Shown: piece by piece, positions 54,080 through 63,703 of the stretch
How positions within the stretch are numbered: position 1 is the first letter of the stretch
Layout of the letters: each line of letters opens with the position of its first letter
Assembly (NCBI GenBank): GCA_022402465.1
Contig: JAKRSH010000026.1
Span: forward strand, 112,741 to 176,740
Reading direction: 5' to 3'
Source: Leptospiraceae bacterium
GTDB taxonomy: Bacteria > Spirochaetota > Leptospiria > Leptospirales > Leptospiraceae
Length of the DNA: 64,000 nt
Notes under the pieces: generated by a model
The model's input: only the letters and a program-made list of their open reading frames with translations
Told to the model about the DNA's origin: nothing
Database searches by the model: none
Made by a program: the position numbers and the translations under genes

Positions 54080-57000
54080 TCTACTTGTAGATAATTAGTT
54101 GAAGTATTTCCGTAAATTGTTGAATCGTACATCATGATAGCTTTTGCTGCTGGCATTACAGACTTTCCTTTAGATAAAGGTCTAAGCAGATAGGTAAATT
54201 CGTAATCTCCTGAATCTAAATAATCTTTAGAGAATAAAACCTTATCATCTCTATACTCAATGTAAGCTGGAGAATTTGTCCACCAATCACCATCGTTCGA
54301 TTCTTCACCATCTAAGGACGAATATTCGGAACTTTCTGTTTTGAATTTGGTATTCACCACTTCTGCATTGCTAGGAATATAATCTTGTATCATTACAAAA
54401 TTTCTAGGCACATCGGTTGAAATTCTTAATTTAACTAAGTAGCTGGTTCCTCTTTTCAAGGTTCCATTTGCTTCTTTGGTTATGAATTCTCCATCACTGT
54501 CTTTACCATTGATGCTATAGATTTGCTTTTGTATTTTGATACCATTGGAACTTGCTTTTTGTTCATCCTTGTACGGTATATATTTCAAAGCTGAATTAAA
54601 ATACAATCTACCTTTCTCAGAGGTTCTTTGGAAAATAAGATCCTTAGAAGGAAATTTCCAATCAGATGCAAGAGAACCTAGAGAAGCATACTTCGAAAGA
54701 ATAGAATTATCATCACTTCCTATAGAAAGATCCATTAATGTTTTTGAGCCTATTTTTATGCTAGCCTCTGTATCAGTATCTGTTGCTTCGAATTTGTCTC
54801 TATATTCTCGCAAAGCAAAAGCTAGAGTTGCCGAACTTTGTGTATCTAACCAAAGATTGCCTGCTTTAGAGGAAAGAATAAATCGAATTAATACCGGAAG
54901 AGATTTATGATCGGGCTCAATTCTAATCATAGTTGTAAGTAAAGCTGCATAAGCAGAACCCTTGCTATAATAGGATAACCAAAATTTAAACGAAGTAATC
55001 CAAGTTAGATCAACTGAATCTTTATTGAATTTAAATTGAGATATATAAGATTGGTAGAGCTTCTTCAATTGGGCATCTTGGTTAATTGATGTTAAACCTC
55101 TGGCGTCATAAATCGCAGATAGGAAGATGCCTTGTGATTTAGGATTCAATTTAGAAAAGTTATCCATAAGAGTTCTATCTAAGCCTAAAGTATCTAAACC
55201 ATCTCTTGCAAGAATTGAGTAAACTAGACTTAGGGTTTGATAAGAATCCTCTTCACTTTCCTTGGGCGTTTTTACCAAGGAGATTAAATATTTAAGACCT
55301 AATTTATAAGATTGTTCATTGATCTTGTAATTGTATTTTTTTGCCATTTGCATAGTATAAATTACATAAGCAGTTAGATAGGGATATCCGTTGCCATAAA
55401 CAGAACTTTCTTTCCAAAGTCTAAAGCTTCCATCCGAATTTTGAAAATCAGGCATGTCATTTACGAATAATTTTTCAATATTATTAAAGTCATAAGAGTC
55501 ACTGTTAGGTGGCTTATATCCGAATTTATTGAGCAGGTGTCCTGAACTAATACTGAGTAAGTAAGCAGATGTTCTCTGCTCCATGCAGTAATACGGATTA
55601 GAGCCATAAAAATCAAAGGCACTTTTTAAGCCTGTTAATACAGTTCCTGATACATTAAAATCAAAACCCGCCTCTCTAAGTAAAACTTTATCTACGCTTG
55701 GGAAATTGATTGCAAAACTTTCGCTGCTATCTGTATAACCACTGATACGATTGCTAATTACAGGTTCCGGTTTTTTGAAAGGAAACTTAACTTCAATTGC
55801 ATCTTTGATATCAGATTTAATGATTCCTGACTTAGTATAAAGTTCAAAATTTTCGGGTTCTACTGAAACCTTATATGTAAGTTCTATCTCTGTTTCATTA
55901 AACTTTTTGTTTAAAGTTTCGTATAGCTTGCTATCAACATTTATTGTACTTGCTATTTCCTTGGTCTGTAAGGCATCTAGTTCCAGAATCTGGTTGCTAT
56001 TCTTAAGATCCAAATCCTTGGAATCAAAGTTTACTTTGAATTTGCCTTTAATTTTAGTATTGTTGGTAATAGTTGCTCCTACAGAAATTGTATCATTTAT
56101 TCTTACAAATCTCGGAGCGCTTTTCTTGAGGATAAGAGATTTTTTGACAAGGAATTCTTTATTTTCAGCGCCGTAATTTCCATTTTGTGAAACAGATGCC
56201 ATTACTCTAAAAGTTGTTAGGTTATCTGGAAGAGTAAATTTTATTTCAGCTTCTCCATTGGAGTCAGTCTTAATATTCGGATTCCAATATGCCGTTGGTT
56301 TGAAATCTTTCCTTGTTCCGTCCTCCGACTCTTTGCCAAATCCACCATCCGATTGGTCATCCCCATAATCCCCTCCAGGATTATCACCTTTACCAGTATA
56401 GATCGATTGCTTTACGATCCAATCTCTAATATCAAAACTTCGAACAATACTATTCCAAAGCTTATAAAATTGGCTAACGGGATTAGTAAATCTATAATTT
56501 ACAAGATCAAGGATTCCTCTATCAGCTACTGAAATTAAAACTTCTGACTTAGGAAGAGTTTTGATTTTAATCTTTATTTCTTCACGCGGAGAGTACACCT
56601 CTTTATTAAAAATGAGTTCCACTGGTGCTATCTTTGTATCCGTATTAACTGTTAGTTGAATACTTCCAATTTTTACCTTAGGTACTCCGTAATCTGTTGA
56701 AACAAAATCTTCTAAATCTTTCTCGCTTAAATCCTTGGGTGGAGGCGTACGACCTGTAAGTAAAATTACATTAAACTCAACATTGGGTAGGTATTCAGGT
56801 TTGATAGGAATTGATATAGGTTCACTGTTGCCTTTTAAATGTATAGATTTACTCCAGTATACTCCATCTCTCTCAACACTTATAATTGCTCTCGCCTCAG
56901 GATAGGGTGATTGAATGATAACTTTTGCTACATCGCCAATATTGTATTTGGGTTTATCTGAAGAAAGTTGAATGCTATCATCCGAGCGAAAATCCCAGGC

Positions 57001-59238
57001 ATAGAAAGAATCTCTTTTGTAAACATAGAAATCCATTCTTGAATAAGAGCCCTTATCATCGACAATGAGTAGGCTATGAGAACCAGCATGCTTTGGACTA
57101 TAATCAAAGTTAATCGCTTCCCCACTGAGTTTAATTGTCTTTGAATCCAGAGTTTTTTTATCAAGTGAATTAGTTCTAAATAAAGATCCAATGAAGCCTT
57201 TGGATTCTACAGAGGACCAATTGTTATGAATGATGTATGCTGTTGCTTTGAATGTTTCTACCTTTTTCGGATCTATGGGAACTCCTACAATTTTGAATTT
57301 TAGAGTATCTTTGATTGATTTGTATCTATCCTCGCATTGGATACCAATAAGATTATTAGAAGGTAAATAATGGATAGTATGAGTATTCGTAATCGATTTT
57401 GCATCTACATCTTTAACGGTTGCTTCTATTTGGATTTTGAAAGGATCTACTATAGTTATTTTATCATTAGATGTTTCAAAAATTGATTCAATATTTGTTA
57501 ATGAAGAATCCACTTTTGCATGACCTTGGCTATCAAGCTCGCCCTCATCTCCTGATAGATAGCCAGAGCTGTCTTCTTGTTCATATTCACTTTCGTAGTA
57601 ATCATAATAGTCTTGTTCGTATCCGAATGAATACTTATCATAGCCTTGGATATCTGGTGTATAACTTTTCTTAAGAATGGAATACTTGTATTTTGCTCCG
57701 CCCATAGGAGTTCCAAAAAGATAATTTGCTTGGATATCAAATTCGAAGCTATCTTTAGCAATAATTTGTTGAGTAGATGATGTTACTGTAACTCCAAAGC
57801 TTACTGGACGAAATTCTTCAACTTGAAAGCTATCCGAACTTAGATATGATTTTGATCCTGCAGTATTGATATAGACGGTATAATGTCCTAGGGGAGCTTC
57901 TTTTGGAATTGAATAATTAAGCCACAGTCCACCTTGTTCACTAGTTACCAAGGTAGAGTTTACGACTTCTTGTCCTCTTGTATTTGTAATTTTTACAGTT
58001 GCGGATTTGTTAGCATATGGAAGAAAATTATTTTGACTCCGTTCGCCTAGCAAAGCTTTAATTTCCACCTTTTCTCCTGGGCGATAGAGCTTTCTGTCAA
58101 AATAAATTTTAGCAGATTGATTGGTTCTATCATAATATGAGTAGGGCTGATAGAGTTTCATGTTTTCAAAATAGAGAAACGATTTATCATTCCCTTTTTC
58201 AGCTACAATAACGGACTTTTTAGAGTTCAATTGTTGGGAAAATTTCGGAATAGAGCAATAGCCATCTTGGTTTGTCCTGCAAACACCAGAGTTGGAACCT
58301 GAAGTATAGAGAGTTACTTCAGCACCCTCTACAGGTTCCGCCTTGGAGAGAGAATTAAGCCATACATAAATATTCTCATTATCTTCTTTGCTCGTTATAC
58401 CTATGTTAGTTGATTGGACTAGAATATTGGACGATTTAAGTGTCTCTTCTATACTTCCATACTCTACTACTTTTTGTGAGACTCGCATTAGAATCCAAGC
58501 TTGTTTATCCTTACCTAATAAGTTATCTAAAGGAAAACCGATTTCCCCATTCGAGTTATACTTATTGTTTACCTTCCAATTGATTTTCTTCCAACTAACG
58601 GAGTCTACCTTACTACTGTATTTCAACTCGAAATTAGAGATGGCTGAAACTAAATGAGCAGGATTCACCAAAGAGTATTCTATATTCAAATTATCTAAAT
58701 TACTAACTTGGATGGGTAGGATACGATTGCTTTCTGACTCAATTACATTGTTCTCAGTTAACCAAAAGTTGGGTCTATAGTTTTTGGCTGGGAGCTTAAA
58801 CTCAAGAGTCTGGGAAAATTTGCAATCATCCTTACTGAAGAAAGGATCTATAGTTATTTTGTAAGCGATTCCAGGCTTGATATTCCAGGATTCAAGAGAG
58901 AAGAATCTAGAGCCATAACGGGTTAATGGATTATTTGGATAATTTGTTTTATAGTATTCAACCGCAGGCTCAAAATGAATGGCAGGAATAAATTCTTCTT
59001 CTTCTACCTCGGTTGAAAATTCAATATTTGTATTGTATCTATCATCGAAGAAATTGTAATTCTTTAAATCTAGTGCAACTTCAAAATTGCAACTGGGTGG
59101 AAAAAGAGAACGCTTCATCTTACGAAAGGAAAGTTTAGCTGACTCAAAAACAGAGCAGGATGAAAGTAAGCCTATTATAAAAATTAGAACTAAATTTTGG
59201 AATGTAGGATGAGTAGAAGTTGGTTTCTTTTTGTCCAT
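54076..59238 (-). CDS. bacterial alpha-2-macroglobulin-family lipoprotein (YfhM-like) with intact thioester motif
   Basis: 1720-aa ORF. Lipobox GLLSSCS. It has long arrays of beta-sandwich (MG-like) domains. The thioester motif C-M-E-Q lies at nt 55576-55587 (NPYYCMEQRTS). It shows the classic pairing with pbpC. Confidence 0.85.
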   Translation of the reverse strand: MDKKKPTSTHPTFQNLVLIFIIGLLSSCSVFESAKLSFRKMKRSLFPPSCNFEVALDLKNYNFFDDRYNTNIEFSTEVEEEEFIPAIHFEPAVEYYKTNYPNNPLTRYGSRFFSLESWNIKPGIAYKITIDPFFSKDDCKFSQTLEFKLPAKNYRPNFWLTENNVIESESNRILPIQVSNLDNLNIEYSLVNPAHLVSAISNFELKYSSKVDSVSWKKINWKVNNKYNSNGEIGFPLDNLLGKDKQAWILMRVSQKVVEYGSIEETLKSSNILVQSTNIGITSKEDNENIYVWLNSLSKAEPVEGAEVTLYTSGSNSGVCRTNQDGYCSIPKFSQQLNSKKSVIVAEKGNDKSFLYFENMKLYQPYSYYDRTNQSAKIYFDRKLYRPGEKVEIKALLGERSQNNFLPYANKSATVKITNTRGQEVVNSTLVTSEQGGLWLNYSIPKEAPLGHYTVYINTAGSKSYLSSDSFQVEEFRPVSFGVTVTSSTQQIIAKDSFEFDIQANYLFGTPMGGAKYKYSILKKSYTPDIQGYDKYSFGYEQDYYDYYESEYEQEDSSGYLSGDEGELDSQGHAKVDSSLTNIESIFETSNDKITIVDPFKIQIEATVKDVDAKSITNTHTIHYLPSNNLIGIQCEDRYKSIKDTLKFKIVGVPIDPKKVETFKATAYIIHNNWSSVESKGFIGSLFRTNSLDKKTLDSKTIKLSGEAINFDYSPKHAGSHSLLIVDDKGSYSRMDFYVYKRDSFYAWDFRSDDSIQLSSDKPKYNIGDVAKVIIQSPYPEARAIISVERDGVYWSKSIHLKGNSEPISIPIKPEYLPNVEFNVILLTGRTPPPKDLSEKDLEDFVSTDYGVPKVKIGSIQLTVNTDTKIAPVELIFNKEVYSPREEIKIKIKTLPKSEVLISVADRGILDLVNYRFTNPVSQFYKLWNSIVRSFDIRDWIVKQSIYTGKGDNPGGDYGDDQSDGGFGKESEDGTRKDFKPTAYWNPNIKTDSNGEAEIKFTLPDNLTTFRVMASVSQNGNYGAENKEFLVKKSLILKKSAPRFVRINDTISVGATITNNTKIKGKFKVNFDSKDLDLKNSNQILELDALQTKEIASTINVDSKLYETLNKKFNETEIELTYKVSVEPENFELYTKSGIIKSDIKDAIEVKFPFKKPEPVISNRISGYTDSSESFAINFPSVDKVLLREAGFDFNVSGTVLTGLKSAFDFYGSNPYYCMEQRTSAYLLSISSGHLLNKFGYKPPNSDSYDFNNIEKLFVNDMPDFQNSDGSFRLWKESSVYGNGYPYLTAYVIYTMQMAKKYNYKINEQSYKLGLKYLISLVKTPKESEEDSYQTLSLVYSILARDGLDTLGLDRTLMDNFSKLNPKSQGIFLSAIYDARGLTSINQDAQLKKLYQSYISQFKFNKDSVDLTWITSFKFWLSYYSKGSAYAALLTTMIRIEPDHKSLPVLIRFILSSKAGNLWLDTQSSATLAFALREYRDKFEATDTDTEASIKIGSKTLMDLSIGSDDNSILSKYASLGSLASDWKFPSKDLIFQRTSEKGRLYFNSALKYIPYKDEQKASSNGIKIQKQIYSINGKDSDGEFITKEANGTLKRGTSYLVKLRISTDVPRNFVMIQDYIPSNAEVVNTKFKTESSEYSSLDGEESNDGDWWTNSPAYIEYRDDKVLFSKDYLDSGDYEFTYLLRPLSKGKSVMPAAKAIMMYDSTIYGNTSTNYLQVE

Positions 59239-59398
59239 GAATTATTGACCTATAGTTTTGTTAGCGAGAACTCTTTCTGGCATCTGGTCATTATAATAAA
59301 TCAATTTAAGCTTCGCATCTCTTTTTCTGGACTTCCAATGAATTCAATTGACTGAATAAAGAAATTATTTACCTTGTTATTTGTTGAGTAGTTTGCCC

Positions 59399-60475
59399 AT
59401 GAAGAAAATTATACATGTTGATATGGATGCCTTCTATGCCTCTGTAGAAATTCGTGAGAATCCTTCTCTACTAGGCAAGCCAGTAGTTGTCGGTGGTTCA
59501 CCGAATTCAAGAGGTGTGGTGTGTGCAGCTAGCTATGAAGCCCGTAAGTATGGGGTGCGGTCCGCAATTCCATGTTCCTTGGCAAAAAGGCTATGCCCTG
59601 AGGCTATTTTTGTTTATCCTAATTTTCCATTGTATAGTTCTATTTCTCAAGAGATTCGCGCTATCTTTCATAGTGTAACTGATTTAGTGGAGCCTTTATC
59701 CTTAGATGAGGCATATTTGGATGTGACCTGCAATCATTTCCAGGAATCCATAGCTACCAAACTAGCTGAGCAGATTCAGAGAACAATTTTCCAAGAAACA
59801 AATTTAACAGCATCCTGTGGAGTTTCTTATAATAAATTCCTCGCTAAAATTGCGAGTGATTGGCGAAAGCCTAACGGAATTTTTGTGATACGACCTAAGG
59901 ATGCACCTAAGTTCCTTTTGGAACTTCCTATAGGGAAATTTTATGGAGTTGGCAAAGTTACTGAAACCAAAATGAAATCTTTGGGCATCCACAAAGGAAA
60001 AGATTTGTATCTTTGGAATAGAGATGATTTAGTCTTTCATTTTGGCAAAGTTGGGGCTTTTTATTATGATATTGTTCGAGGTGTGGACAATCGCAATGTG
60101 AATCCAACGAGAGAAAGAAAATCTTTAGGAATAGAAGATACTTTTTCTCAAGATAGCAAGGATGCAAATTTTCTGGAGACTAAGATAGAATCTCTTGTGG
60201 ACGGATTGGAACAAAGAAGACTCAAGCGAGACATTCGGGGTAGAAGCTTAACAGTTAAAATCAAATATTCTAATTTTACAGTAAAGTCCATGACTAGAAC
60301 CTATACATCTTGGTTAGAGCAGAAGGAAGAGATTACAAGTATCGCTAAGGATCTTTTTTTCCAAGTTTGGGACCATGCAACGAGTTTACGATTGCTTGGC
60401 ATTGCACTTGGGAATCTTGACCGCGACAACCAAGACGAAGATTCACCAAGTTTATTTGATCAAATGGAAGTTTAA
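59399..60475 (+). CDS. dinB: DNA polymerase IV (Y-family translesion polymerase)
   Basis: The track ORF starts at a TTG (59381). The ATG at 59399 gives the canonical N-terminus MKKIIHVDMDAFYASVE. Further Y-family motifs are present (PVVVGG, SLDEAYLDVT, ASCGVSYNKFLAKIASD, GVGKVT). Confidence 0.9.
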   Translation: MKKIIHVDMDAFYASVEIRENPSLLGKPVVVGGSPNSRGVVCAASYEARKYGVRSAIPCSLAKRLCPEAIFVYPNFPLYSSISQEIRAIFHSVTDLVEPLSLDEAYLDVTCNHFQESIATKLAEQIQRTIFQETNLTASCGVSYNKFLAKIASDWRKPNGIFVIRPKDAPKFLLELPIGKFYGVGKVTETKMKSLGIHKGKDLYLWNRDDLVFHFGKVGAFYYDIVRGVDNRNVNPTRERKSLGIEDTFSQDSKDANFLETKIESLVDGLEQRRLKRDIRGRSLTVKIKYSNFTVKSMTRTYTSWLEQKEEITSIAKDLFFQVWDHATSLRLLGIALGNLDRDNQDEDSPSLFDQMEV

Positions 60476-60504
60476 ATTCTCTTTCAATAAGATCTTTTTG
60501 TAGA

Positions 60505-61656
60505 TTATTTTTTTGCCTTAGTATTCAATTGAAGAGATTTATAATCAACTGACTCTACTTCATCCAGATTTAATTTTTTGATTCCTTCTGTTGAATGCAA
60601 GATAATTGTCCCTCCTACTTGAGTAATAATAGCACCTGAATAATGATTTCCATCGCTTGTATTTACGATCTCTAAGACGGAATAGAATTTTTGGATGTCG
60701 GCTTCCGAACTTAGATTTTGTTTTTCTGCCTTAGTCTCTAAGCTTGTAATAGCTGCATTTAAATTCTTACTTTGATCTTGTGCAATAGCTTCAGAGATAC
60801 TGAGATCTATGGCAGACTCGGGATTTTTACTGCTTTCTAATGCCTTTTCCACCAAAGCAGTTTCTGTACCAACAAGAGTATCAAGTTCAGCCTGCTTCTG
60901 TGGTGAGCTAGGGAAGGTTTCTTTGTCCATCATTTCTTCCATTTGTTTGCTTAGCTCAGTTTTTTGGATATCTTGGCTTACAAGCTGTCTATTATTTATT
61001 AAAATTACAAGCTCTTGTAGCTTAGGACTTAGATTGGATTCTTCCATTTCACCAAGTATGACCTCATTCTTCTCTAGGAAAGAAATCATTTCCTCATAGC
61101 TTTGGTCATCTATAGATCCCTTTTCAATATTAACAGGTTGAAATCTAGCTCCCACTGCTACAGAACCTTCAAAAACTTTTACTTTAGGGATCTTATCTTT
61201 TTCAAGTTCAACTGTAAAAATAGTTCCCCTAACTCCCGCTACAGTAGTCGGAGTCAAAACTTTAAAATCACTATTCGATTTCAATTTTTTGGTTTTAACA
61301 ATTAGCTCACCCCATTGGATGTCAACACTTGTCTTAGAACCTTCCCCATCTTCTAGACTTGAAATAGATAGCTTGGAATAAGATTTAACCCGGATTAGGT
61401 CTCCACTTTTATTCTGGATATCCAAGCTTCCTGATTCAGTCATGATAATATCTTTAGAATCTAGAATAGTTCCAACTCTTGGCTTAAATTTTTCCTTAGC
61501 CCTAAGTATATTCACGTCTCCATTTGCAAAGATAACAACAACCTTGCTTTCCTGGGTGGATTCTTGCCCTAGGATTTGTCTGATCTTACTGCACTGGTGA
61601 GTGAGTAGAGAAATTGCAATAAGTAGAGCAAGAAATAGGGTTTTGGTATGTTTCAT
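60505..61656 (-). CDS. FecR-like domain lipoprotein
   Basis: 383-aa ORF. Signal peptide with Cys (LLTHQCS). It has a FecR-like beta-rich N-terminal half (..ANGDVNILRAKEKFKPRVGTILDSKDIIMTESGSLDIQNKSGDLIRVKSYSKLSI..) and a helical acidic C-terminal half. Confidence 0.5.
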   Translation of the reverse strand: MKHTKTLFLALLIAISLLTHQCSKIRQILGQESTQESKVVVIFANGDVNILRAKEKFKPRVGTILDSKDIIMTESGSLDIQNKSGDLIRVKSYSKLSISSLEDGEGSKTSVDIQWGELIVKTKKLKSNSDFKVLTPTTVAGVRGTIFTVELEKDKIPKVKVFEGSVAVGARFQPVNIEKGSIDDQSYEEMISFLEKNEVILGEMEESNLSPKLQELVILINNRQLVSQDIQKTELSKQMEEMMDKETFPSSPQKQAELDTLVGTETALVEKALESSKNPESAIDLSISEAIAQDQSKNLNAAITSLETKAEKQNLSSEADIQKFYSVLEIVNTSDGNHYSGAIITQVGGTIILHSTEGIKKLNLDEVESVDYKSLQLNTKAKK

Positions 61657-61757
61657 GTTAGGATATCCTATTTAGGTATAATTTTCAGTACAATAAAGGG
61701 TAATTCTATGAATACATAACAGATTGGAAATAAGAATTTGCAAATGGAATAAAAAAA

Positions 61758-62729
61758 TTATCTGAGAATATCTTCTTTTAGACTTTTTAGAAAATCTATG
61801 CTCCCTTGTTGGAAGACCATTTGGAGCATTTCCTTTTGAGAATCACTAATCACATTTTTTTCTTTGAGCTGGTTTAGGATTTCTGAAATCATTTCCTTTT
61901 CTAGTCCTCTAAGTTCAGAATAGATATTCTGAATAGTCAAACCAAAACTATGTTCTTCATAGTATTCAATTAACTTTGTTGTGATATCAAGAATTGTCTC
62001 CTGTCTTTTAACTAGTTCTTCCATGGTGCTTAGGATGATGTAAATTTCTGGATCATCTTGGAAGAGATTCATCATATGCGGATAGATTCTAGGTGATTGT
62101 ATAGGTAGTTCGTAAATGCTGTCGCCTAATGCAAGAAATAGATTTCTCTCTTCATCCATGGTAATATCAGTAAAATCTTGCAGCTTAGATACGACAGCAG
62201 GGGGTAAAAGAACTATAAATTGGGATACCAGGGAGTATTCATTTTTCTCTCTAATTGAGTAAAGAATGAGATCGCAAATTTTCTGAAAGCTTATCCCTTT
62301 CCAAAATTGATTGCCTTTGATTTGGAAGAAATTTCTAGTATTGTACTTCTTTTTGTAATTATCTTGGAGTTTTAAAAAGTTATCATAGTTTGTTTTGAAT
62401 AATTCAAAGAGAACTTGAATTGAAAAATGTTCAAGAATATCAGAAACGGAACCTGGTTCTGATATGGATAAAAAATAACTGACTAGTTCTTGGTTTTCTG
62501 GTTTAGCAACTGTAAAACGATTTAAGATGAATGAGTTGGCTTGGTAGAAAGCAGAGATGCCAACATTAAAGGTAACTTCACCATCAAGAAAGGAATTGAG
62601 TTTATCTTCAGCTATACAAGATTGTGCTAATTGAACTATAGAAGTATTACCCGAAAGAACGGATTTACAGCTCTTCGGGCATGATTGGTATAAATTTGTA
62701 TCAATTAAACAAGTTTTAGTTGTGTTCAA
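61758..62729 (-). CDS. hypothetical protein
   Basis: 323-aa ORF overlapping the upstream lipoprotein gene by 14 nt. It has an N-terminal Cys cluster (C..C....CPKSC). No family recognised. Confidence 0.45.
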   Translation of the reverse strand: MNTTKTCLIDTNLYQSCPKSCKSVLSGNTSIVQLAQSCIAEDKLNSFLDGEVTFNVGISAFYQANSFILNRFTVAKPENQELVSYFLSISEPGSVSDILEHFSIQVLFELFKTNYDNFLKLQDNYKKKYNTRNFFQIKGNQFWKGISFQKICDLILYSIREKNEYSLVSQFIVLLPPAVVSKLQDFTDITMDEERNLFLALGDSIYELPIQSPRIYPHMMNLFQDDPEIYIILSTMEELVKRQETILDITTKLIEYYEEHSFGLTIQNIYSELRGLEKEMISEILNQLKEKNVISDSQKEMLQMVFQQGSIDFLKSLKEDILR

Positions 62730-63192
62730 CTAAGGACCCACAATCCCTCATCTCTGGTGAATAGGGATTCTCTATGCTTCTTCCTTTAGCAAGCCAATAC
62801 TTATTCTCCATAGGACAGTAGAATTTATTTACTCCATCTACCGAAAAAAGTTTGGTAAGTTTGGAAAGATTTTCTGAGAATAAAGAAAATTGATTGAAGT
62901 CTTTTTCTTTATCTATTCCTTTAATTTCTCTTAGGTTCAGTTTCATCTTGCTTACCTGAGATGAAACCTCTGAATTTTCGGTTTTATCAAAAGCATCTAG
63001 GGCTGCTGAAATTCCTTGCAGAGAAGGTAAGCCACTCTCTGTTTTCATCAGAAAGCTATGGATCTTTTCATTTTCTTCGAGTAAGAGCTCCATAGAGCGC
63101 TTATCCTCATCAGTTAATTTATTGCTCCCACAGGAAAATGCGAAAAGAAGGATCAATGCCAATAAAGAACAATATTCCAAAAACAACTTCAT
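62716..63192 (-). CDS. small lipoprotein with DUF3347-like C-terminal C-P-M...C motif (putative metal-binding)
   Basis: 158-aa ORF. Lipobox FAFSCGS. The body is helical. The C-terminal ..KFYCPMENKYWLAKGRSIENPYSPEMRDCGSLVE resembles the conserved end of DUF3347 proteins as I recall them. Confidence 0.4.
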   Translation of the reverse strand: MKLFLEYCSLLALILLFAFSCGSNKLTDEDKRSMELLLEENEKIHSFLMKTESGLPSLQGISAALDAFDKTENSEVSSQVSKMKLNLREIKGIDKEKDFNQFSLFSENLSKLTKLFSVDGVNKFYCPMENKYWLAKGRSIENPYSPEMRDCGSLVEHN

Positions 63193-63306
63193 AATTTCTA
63201 TCCTTATAAAGGAAAAAGTATTTTAATTTTGGAACATGTCGAGAAAAATTCTAGACAAGGCAGGTTTTTCAAGTAGCTTGACTTAAAAAGGGAACCGAAG
63301 AAAATT

Positions 63307-63660
63307 ATGATCATTGTTGAAGGCCTGGACCACGTAAATATTCCAGTTACCAATTTAGAAGCTTCTAAAGTATTTTATTCAGAATTGTTTGATTTTGAAG
63401 TGGAAGAGGAGGATTCTGAGGCGGTAGTGATGGGGCTTGATTCTCATAGATTAAGATTAGTCAAAGTTGCTGATTGTTCCCCACTTCCTTTTCCAGTTGT
63501 TAGTTTCGTTATGGATGTAGATGATTTTACAGAAGCGATTACTGAAATGGAAGAGAAAGAAATTTCAATCATAAAAGGACCAGAAGGTTCTTCCAAAGGT
63601 GAATACCTTGTATTCGCTGATCCAGATAAAAATCAGATAGAAATCTTTTACCAACAATAG
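63307..63660 (+). CDS. VOC-family (glyoxalase/bleomycin-resistance/dioxygenase fold) protein
   Basis: 117-aa ORF. The N-terminal GLDHVNIPVTNLEASKVFYSELFDFEV and C-terminal ..FADPDKNQIEIF.. are typical VOC beta-alpha-beta-beta-beta patterns. Confidence 0.7.
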   Translation: MIIVEGLDHVNIPVTNLEASKVFYSELFDFEVEEEDSEAVVMGLDSHRLRLVKVADCSPLPFPVVSFVMDVDDFTEAITEMEEKEISIIKGPEGSSKGEYLVFADPDKNQIEIFYQQ

Positions 63661-63703
63661 TTTTAGTTGACTTTAGTTTTGGGCAATACAATCTCAATGA
63701 TTG

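Noticed and set aside
59239-59398. SOS (LexA) box upstream of dinB.
   Set aside because: I looked for the TTTG-N5-CAAA-type palindrome reported for Leptospira LexA and for CGAAC...GTTCG-type boxes. None is present in the 160-bp upstream region. Only non-palindromic TTTG runs occur.
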